Below, piece by piece: positions 55,458 to 64,000 of a stretch of 64,000 nt of DNA (its first letter is position 1; the number at the start of each line of letters is the position of its first letter). Where the stretch lies: NCBI GenBank assembly GCA_964016885.1, contig OZ024743.1, positions 118,296,001 through 118,360,000 on the forward strand. The letters run 5' to 3'. This DNA is from Eledone cirrhosa. Lineage: Eukaryota. The notes below the pieces were generated by a model. That model was not told where the DNA came from and did not search any database. It was given only the letters and a program-made list of their open reading frames with translations. Both the position numbers and the translations under genes were made by a program.

Positions 55458-55609
55458 AGAAGAAGAAGAAGAAGAAGAAGAAGAAGAAGAAGAAGAAGAA
55501 GAAGAAGAAGAAGAAGAAGAAGAAGAAGAAGAAGAAGAAGAAGAAGAAGAAGAAGAAGAAGAAGAAGAAGAAGAAGAAGAAGAAGAAGAAGAAGAAGAAG
55601 AAGAAGAAG
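55458..55609. repeat. Pure (GAA)n, about 50 units
   Basis: Direct reading. Confidence 0.95.
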
Positions 55610-55890
55610 ATCTTATTCCGCCAAATACTCATGCACAGCATTTATTAATTGCGATAGTAATACAGTTGATCACTGTGCATTGTTATAATGGTGAAGATAG
55701 TGCTAAAAGACTTGATATTAACGATAATAATGACGAGAGGAAGGTGAAGAAAAGGATGGGAGTAGGGGAGGTAAAAGAAGTTCCCAACTATGATAACATT
55801 TGTAACTGTTAAGAAGAATGAGAATGATCTTGGATTCTATAAACTTCATGGTGATGCTAAATGATGATGGTGATGATGATGATGATGATG

Positions 55891-55922
<32 letters not shown>

Positions 55923-56336
55923 GAGGAGGAGGAGGAGAAGGGGGGATGGTGATGGTGATAATGACGACTAGAGCCAAGAGGACGTTGTTCCTGTATTATC
56001 TCTTTAAGCAAAGTATTCAGAATATATTCCAATTTATACATAGGCACACAAACACATATATGTAGATATAAAACACACTACACATACACGCACATATAGA
56101 TATATATGTGTGTGTATGAACGTATGAATGTATGGGGAAGTACGGAGTGTATTATACAATAACTCTCACTTATAAAATTGTTATTATAAATAGAAAAAAT
56201 ATTCAAATATGTATATCTTAAACACTGCGCGTATGTGTGTAGAGGTATCCATATTTATATATATATATATATATGTAAGTATATATATATGTATATATAT
56301 ATATGAATATATATATGTATATGTATATATATATAG

Positions 56337-56413
<77 letters not shown>

Positions 56414-56439
56414 CGTACACACAAGCACACAGACCCATT

Positions 56440-56521
<82 letters not shown>

Positions 56522-57393
56522 TGTATGTGTGTGTGTGTGTGTGTGTCCGAAAGTGATAACAGCAAGTCTTGTTAAGAGTTACTTAACCATTACATTGAAA
56601 AAATAAATGAAATTTAATATATTTTTCGTGAATTCATCTACGGCCTATAAAGCAAATTTAATGCAACGTCTGTCAGTAGATATTGGCATTAATATACGCC
56701 ACAACACTGTGATTACAGTGAATTTTATTGTTGTACCCATATATCCTTGAACTTTCATATCCTGACGCGAAATATTCCACTTAACATGAAACCATTTATA
56801 TAAATAACCTGCTCTTCCACATTTAATATATAAATACATGCGTTCAGACTATAAGTTTTTCTTATATACATACTTATATACATACTTATATACATACTTA
56901 TATACATAGTTATATACATACTTATATATATATACATGCATACATAACGTCTCTGTGTGTATAACCTGTATGCCTGTGGGAATCTATGTATATATGAATA
57001 TATATATGTATATATTTTCGCTCTAGAGAGAGCTTGGAGAGCCAAGTGGTTTAAGGACAGGTCATATTTAAACGGAAACTAAATGTATATTGATTGCTCG
57101 AATGCTTTCTTTTATTCACTTTTAACACTCACGCTCATTCAAAATTTCATTTAATTAATTCTTCGTGCGTATTAATTAACTAAACGAATGGACTCGTATG
57201 CAAATATTTAAATTTGGTGCCTACTTATTATCATAATTATGCGTATTTAGCACCTTGACTTTGTTTTCTGGAAAGATTCGTTTGATTCAATCAGAGAGTC
57301 TGATTAATAAGGGAGGTTACATTTATGTTTATTAAACGTGCGCGTCTAACATATTTACGACTCAGGCCTGGTAATGTATGTGAATGAATCTAT

Positions 57394-57424
<31 letters not shown>

Positions 57425-57426
<2 letters not shown>

Positions 57427-57560
57427 ATTGTTTCTACTTTTGGCACAAGGCCAGCAATTACCCAGTGTATTACTGGTACTTTATTTTATCGACCCCGTAA
57501 GGATGAAAGGCAAACTTAACCTCGGCGGGATTTGAACTCAGATCGTAAAGGGACGTAAAT
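57425..57560 (-). mobile_element. SINE copy in (TA)n
   Basis: Matches the SINE family. Confidence 0.9.
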
Positions 57561-58386
57561 ATATATATATATATAATGATACTATTTATAGTTATCTATA
57601 TACTATACTATATAAAACTATAAACAGGAAAGGTCAGTAATTTATTACTACCAGTAAGAGAAATAGCTCAATGTTGGAAAATCTCGCTGTAGAACAACTC
57701 TAATCCATGAATACAATACAATGAATATGAATACAATAAGACCAAGTTACAATCCATTACTATAACTAACTAAAAACATTCAAATCAAACATTAACTAAA
57801 ATATAACTTAACATATGTAATGGATGGGAAATCAGTGACTTTCACATTCTACACACATTCAAATTTGAATTCTACAGAAACTATCATCGCATTACATCCT
57901 CCATAATACACTAACATATTCGCGTAAAGTGCTTGTATTTTATGTAATACCTTGCCATACAGTTTCCTTCTCATATATGTGACTAACGCATGTGCAATCT
58001 CTACACGCTTGAATATGTACTTCTTTCTCAATGCCTCTTTAATTATTAGACTATTCTCTTGTATTATCTGTCGCATGTATTCAACTCTGTGCTTTTAATT
58101 TTAATTTTAATTTTAATTTTAATTTTAATTTGAATTTGAATTAGTGTACAATTCTCGTATAATATATGTCGCATCCATTACACCCTGTAAATACTAAACT
58201 GTTGTTCACAACATCAATATATATATGTATCTATATGATTGTTCAGTTGAATAGGAGGTTAATTATATATACAAACATTGATAATGCTCCGATAACCCCA
58301 AAGTAAAGTTTGGAAGAAACAATTGTCAGCGATTAAATGATTTGAACATAACTTTGATACTTGTGTAATTTATATATATATATATA

Positions 58387-59230
58387 AGTAGTAACACAAC
58401 AGTGAGTTCACCATACCGAGAACAATTGTTTCACCTTATGCGGATCTTCAGCTCGGACTGGTCATGGTTATACGGACCAGAGAGTACAACCGTATCAACG
58501 CGCATACACAGAAACGGGTACTTCACCCAAGCGATACAAGACCACGGGCGAAAGGTGTAGGGAGATAACTTCCAAAGACCGGAATAAAATGTTCGAGTTG
58601 ATTAAACAATTAGAATATTGTTGTTATTCAATCCGGAGCATTGTAGTTATGCAAGCGGTGTTTCCAGACATGTGGACAACGTGAGAAAATTTCATTTCTT
58701 GAATGTAGGTAATCGCTATTGCGTAATCTCCTTAGAATATTTATCCTTTCTTCGATACACAGTCCACAAGACGGATTGCCCCTTGCGTATGGCTTGGACT
58801 TGGTGATGGCTTTCCATTGAATGGAGTAGTCTATACCTGATTCTTTGAGGGGCCATACGTGGCTCGCGTGCTTCGTGGATGATCGTTTGTCCGGGTACCT
58901 AAAGTTCTACTGATGGTTCAGTAAGCGTTCTTTAAACCGACTCTCCGCCATACCCACATAGGATTTGACCTCCTGTGGTTGATTTGGTCGGTTGGAAGTG
59001 ACCACAGCTTCATAAACTACAGCGAGTGTGTTGCATTGCTGTTCAAGGGGACAAGTTTCAGGCTCTTGACAAGAGCTTCCTGGTGGGGTGCCGCTCTTAG
59101 GACTGGTGTTGATGTGGGCTTTCTTATTCTTAGCGCAGGAGTACCCTAATTTTACTCTTCTGTCTGTTAAAGATGGAGCGGTATTTGTGAGCTATAGGAA
59201 AGTGTCTATCTAAGAGGCCTAAATTTATGT
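58387..59230 (-). mobile_element. PLE 3' end with GIY-YIG remnant (not in the ORF track)
   Basis: Minus strand: CQEPETCPLEQQCNTLAVVYEAVV...SYVGMAESRFKERLLNH (~59075-58915) and CGLCIEERINIL..LHSRNEIFSRCPH (~58765-58670); ends at (TA)n. Confidence 0.85.
58416..58456 (-). ncRNA. Minimal type I hammerhead ribozyme
   Basis: CCGAG-CUGAAGA-U CC GCAUAA GG U-GAAAC-AAUU-GUU-CUCGG; 5-bp stem I; palindromic stem III ACAAUUGU. Confidence 0.8.
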
Positions 59231-60247
59231 ATGGTACAGAGCTATTTAATTATGTAATAAACAACACAATATAATTATTCCATTACCCAAGGTTTCACGA
59301 AGTTAGACCATTCTAACAGAAACGTCTGTATATACATATATATATACACACACAGAGACACACACACACACATATATATATATATATGGGTGGGGTGAGC
59401 ACTGGTACACACTCTTATGTGTGTTCAATGTTTATTAAGCGAAAGCAAATACAAGAAGTGTAGAAAACTAAATTATTCCGAGGTGAGTTTGAAAAAGTAG
59501 CTACTCTCTCTTCGCTATTTCACTCCAAATGTCTGTCGGTTATAACCTTCATTTAGGTAACACTTACAGCTGTAAATTTTCCCTCGAAAAACTATACAAC
59601 AAAACGCTACGCCCACCAGTAAAACAACTGTACTGTTGTATAATCAATATAAGTATAAATGTAGACATAAATATAAATGTTTAAGGTTTGTAGAGCGTAT
59701 TATTAAATAATGATTTGATGTGCTTATATTATATACGTTCAATAAACGTCAATATTAAATGCGTAAAATGTTGATATAAAATTTTCTATACGAACCTTAC
59801 ACAGGCAAGTATTGATCACTTGACATCACTACAACAAAACTGAAGATGTTGAGATGTACTTCTATCTGATATAAATATTTAAAATAACTCTCAAATGTCC
59901 ATTCGAACCAATGCTATTCGAACTCAGGTTATATAATAAAAACAATGCTGCTAAAACCCCAAAACACGGGCAAAGGTGTACCCCAGTTATAGCTTTGATA
60001 AAGACACACAAATCATATATATATATATATATATAAGGAAAGGATTGTAGTTCTAAACAATTTAATTTAATTCTATATTATAACATTAAATTAAATTGTT
60101 TAGAACTACAAGTGAAGTCGTCCTTTACCATTTTTTTTAAATATACCTAACTGTACCAAGGATTTCACACATTTTCCAATACATATATATATATATATAT
60201 TTATATATATTTATATATATATATATATATGCGTGTGTGTGAGAGAG

Positions 60248-60282
<35 letters not shown>

Positions 60283-61392
60283 TTGTATATTTTATATACA
60301 AATATATTATATGAGATGACACACTGGGTAATCGATAAATTATGGTTCAATACAGAGAATAATGAATTCCTGACGAATTTGGCATTTCGTATTTTCTCAA
60401 TAACAATATCGTTATATATGAATGTCTGAATCGGCGCTAGTCAACTATTTGTGAACAAATATCGATTAGACGAAATAATTAAGTATCATACGTTACAGGT
60501 GAAAAATCACCGATTGATTTGTAACCATTCACTGATGAGTTAATCTCGGGTCCGGTGTATATAATTGTGGAAACTATAAATGGTTTCATCCTTACGAATG
60601 AAGATCATATATACATATGTAAATATGTAAACACATCCCAAAACACATACATATATGTGTTTATGTGCTTGTGTTTGTGCGTGATGTAAACTCTCACATA
60701 CACATATATATATCTAGATAGATAAGTCGAATAGAGAGATAGATAGATAGAGAGATGGATGCATAGATTGAGTTACAAAAAATTACATCACACAAACATG
60801 CGCACACATGCAAACATATATACATACATATACACCCCCACCCCCACCCCACCCCACCCACACACACTCCAGTATATATTTGTGTATATATGGATGTGTG
60901 TCTACGTGTGTCTATTAGTAATTTGTAATGGAAGTAAGGCAGTCCTATGATAAAAGTCGAAAAATATTTTACGGACATTTATATATCCCTCTTTGGTCTG
61001 ATTTCAAATCTTACTCGGTCTTAACTGGGCCTTTAACTTTCTGCAATCGATAAAATATATGCCAGTCATTCACTAGAGGTTGCTTAAATTTATCATAGTA
61101 TCCCCGTTCCCCAAATCTCGGACTTTGCACCTAGACTAGAATCTACAATATTCATTATTCTGCTTCTCACGGCGATCGTATGATCGGGTTTTACGCTTTA
61201 AACAATCCTAACATTTTCACGAAACCAAAGGATTATTCTTAAACCTTTAACATAATGCACATATTCGAGTGTTTGTCTTTAAACAACCGTAACTATAGAA
61301 ACAAACGGAAGTCATATTGAAATTTTGTAACATAATGAAACAATATTGTGAAAATCTACATATATCTACATCAAAATAGAAAAGAAAAAACA

Positions 61393-61725
61393 GCAAAGTT
61401 AACCTCAGCGGGATTTGAACTCAGCTCATAAACGGTCTTAACTCTATGCTGGAAAGCATGGCATCGGACCCTCTACCGATACTGCCAATCCACCACCCTG
61501 CTGATAATTAATCTTATATAGGCACAAGGCCTGCAATTTTGGGGGAGGGTAAAGTCGATTAAATCGACCCCAGTGCGTGACTCGTACTTCATTTTATCGA
61601 CCCCGTAAGGATGAAAGGCAAATTTAACCTCGGCGGAATTTGAACTCGGATCATAAAGGCTCTTAACTCTATGCTGCAAAGCATGGTGACGGACCCTCTA
61701 CCAATACAGCCAATCAACCGCCCTG
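61393..61725 (-). mobile_element. Two adjacent SINE copies (partial 61393-61500; long form 61518-61725)
   Basis: The long form keeps TTTTGGGGGAGGGTAAAGTCGATTAAATCGACCCC, which most other copies lack. Confidence 0.85.
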
Positions 61726-62208
61726 GTGATAATTAATAATAATTACAAGGCGAACAGTGACACTACATTTCACGTTGTTTCAGTCCACTCAGTCCTCGTT
61801 TAACCGAGATAAGTTTCAGTCTTCGACAACTGATGACAATGATAATGATAAATATTTAAGCGTAGTATATATATATATATGTCGGTTTGAAAAATCCTAA
61901 AAAAATGTGAGGGCGCATATACCAGTCGATGTTTTGTCGATGTATGCTTCTGTGTACACGTAAAGCTCGTAGTGTGGTGTGGGCTTGATTAGGTCAAAGA
62001 GTGAATTAGCAAAGGAGAGAAATGAGGTGTCATATTGAAGTATTAAAGTAATTGTGTTGCGACACGCCTATAAAGGAGTAGCGTCAGCGTTAATTATTGT
62101 CTTCAGATAAAATGTCTTGGAGACCAAAATTAGGAAATTTATAAAACACTGAGTAGTCGTCTGCCTATTTAATTTGGCTCCTTCGAAATTATTTATGTAA
62201 CAGCATGT

Positions 62209-62262
<54 letters not shown>

Positions 62263-62365
62263 CATACATATATGCATGCTTGCCTACATACATACATACA
62301 TACATACATACATGCCTGCATACATATATACATATATACAACCACAGACGTTTGCCAACATGCTG

Positions 62366-62415
<50 letters not shown>

Positions 62416-62903
62416 AATGTTACATTATTATTGTAGCATTAAATGTTTCGAATTAAAAATTTGTCATGCTTATAATACACAAACACAAACACACACAAAC
62501 ACACACGCACACACGCACGCACATACACACATACACACACACACACACACTGACACATAGTCATACAATCTGAGCCAAGTGCATATGCACGCGGGCTTGT
62601 ACACACACATAAATTTGTATATGAAGTATTAGGAAATTTTATAAGATAATCAAATATATATGTAAGAAACCATATAGATATTGGAAATTCGAAATGTCTG
62701 CGTCCCAACATAAATGACCATAATAATATTCGATGACTCTATATAATACTTTAAAAATCGAATTAAGTACACTTGTAACAGAGGTAGTTCTGTTCACATT
62801 TTTCCATCATCGTATAATTTTACGCGATTATCTCAAATATTAAAGATAGTGAAAAATTCTGGCTATTTGAGTTGGAGCGAATGCAATTCAAATTATGCAT
62901 ATA

Positions 62904-62964
<61 letters not shown>

Positions 62965-63014
62965 AGATATAGATGTGTGTGTATATATATATATAGAGAG
63001 AGAGAGAGATTCGC

Positions 63015-63097
63015 AACCATAAGGTTGTGAGTTCGATTCCTGGACCAGGCGATGCGTTATGTCCTTGAGCAAGACACTTTATTTCACATTACTCCTT
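63015..63097 (+). mobile_element. CORE/V-type SINE fragment
   Basis: GAGTTCGATTCC B box followed by TGTCCTTGAGCAAGACACTT. Confidence 0.65.
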
Positions 63098-63196
63098 CTA
63101 CCTGGAGTTGCGACCGATAGATATTATTAGCAATTGGAAAGACCAACGGAAACATTGTTTCCTCGGTCCGATTTGACGAAAGTCGATCGATCAAAA

Positions 63197-63251
<55 letters not shown>

Positions 63252-63422
63252 AAGATATAGATGTATATATATATTATATATGTTTACCTTATATATATAT
63301 ATATATAAATATGTTTACCTTTTACAAGTATATATATATATATATACTAGCTGAGCTATCCAGCTTCTCCCGGGTAAAACAGTATGAGGCGAGATGGTGA
63401 CGAGATCGTGGTGTTCATGTAT

Positions 63423-63453
<31 letters not shown>

Positions 63454-63799
63454 CGTGTGTGTGTGTGCATGTGTGTGTACATGTGTGTGTCTGTGTACAT
63501 CAGCGTTTGAATGCATGGAGATGCTGACAGCGGAACACGTGCATCGCCGACAACGCAGAGTGAGTCCCTAATGGTTGTCTCGCAAACTGCTAGATATAGC
63601 AGTCGGATCGGGTAGCATACCCGGGATGTTTTTCTTCTTTGATGTTATGAAATGATTAACAATAAACCTTTTCTGGGTATAGCCTGATTTCTATTGTTTA
63701 CGAGTGTCAATTTTCGTTTTTGAGAGATGCGCAAAGACACCAACCAACAAATATTTCTTCTCTATATTTCATATAGATATATGTAAAGATATTTCTATA

Positions 63800-63838
<39 letters not shown>

Positions 63839-63884
63839 ATATCTGTCACTTTATCTATCTGTCTATCTATCCAACCACTGTTAC

Positions 63885-64000
63885 AATTAGTACTCAATGT
63901 TAGAGTAAAGACATCTTCATTATAGATAGAAATGACTTCTACAGCGCAAGAACTGTTTCATTCGTATGAAAACTTCAGGAATGCACATTCCTGGTGATTT
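63885..64000. repeat. Diverged family C HHR fold-back, cut by the window end
   Basis: TTCTACAG..AGAACTGTTTCATTC..TCAGGAAT-gcac-ATTCCTGGTGATTT aligns to 39114-39237. Confidence 0.65.

Noticed and set aside
55216-55648. Poly-Lys / poly-Phe ORFs
   Set aside because: Products of the (GAA)n tract.
60520-60600. CUGAUGA ... GAAAC possible HHR
   Set aside because: Stem II does not pair and GAAAC is locked in an alternative hairpin.
63346-63630. Helitron 3' end (ACTAGCTGAG..CCCGGG)
   Set aside because: Hairpin is degenerate and no matching 5' end was found.

Overview
AT-rich, microsatellite-dense animal DNA with no intact host gene that I can support. The dominant tRNA-derived SINE and the repeat mix point to an octopod cephalopod (inference). 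The window is mostly transposon relics: at least four Penelope-like elements (PLEs; RT and/or C-terminal GIY-YIG), RTE-type, CR1-type, Tx1-type and R4/Dong LINE pieces, hAT and mariner transposases, non-autonomous Helitrons and >12 SINE copies. Beyond that, three things stand out. (1) Hammerhead-ribozyme (HHR) motifs occur in several unrelated (TA)n-bounded elements, including a well-formed type I HHR in a 291-nt tandem unit (retrozyme-like) and recurrent core variants. (2) Fold-back (inverted-duplication) architecture recurs across these elements. (3) An intronless, disabled ~150-codon fragment of the cohesin regulator PDS5 sits between ~99% identical 170-bp inverted repeats, resembling retroelement-mediated host-mRNA capture. 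All alignments and folds were done by eye; boundaries are approximate.
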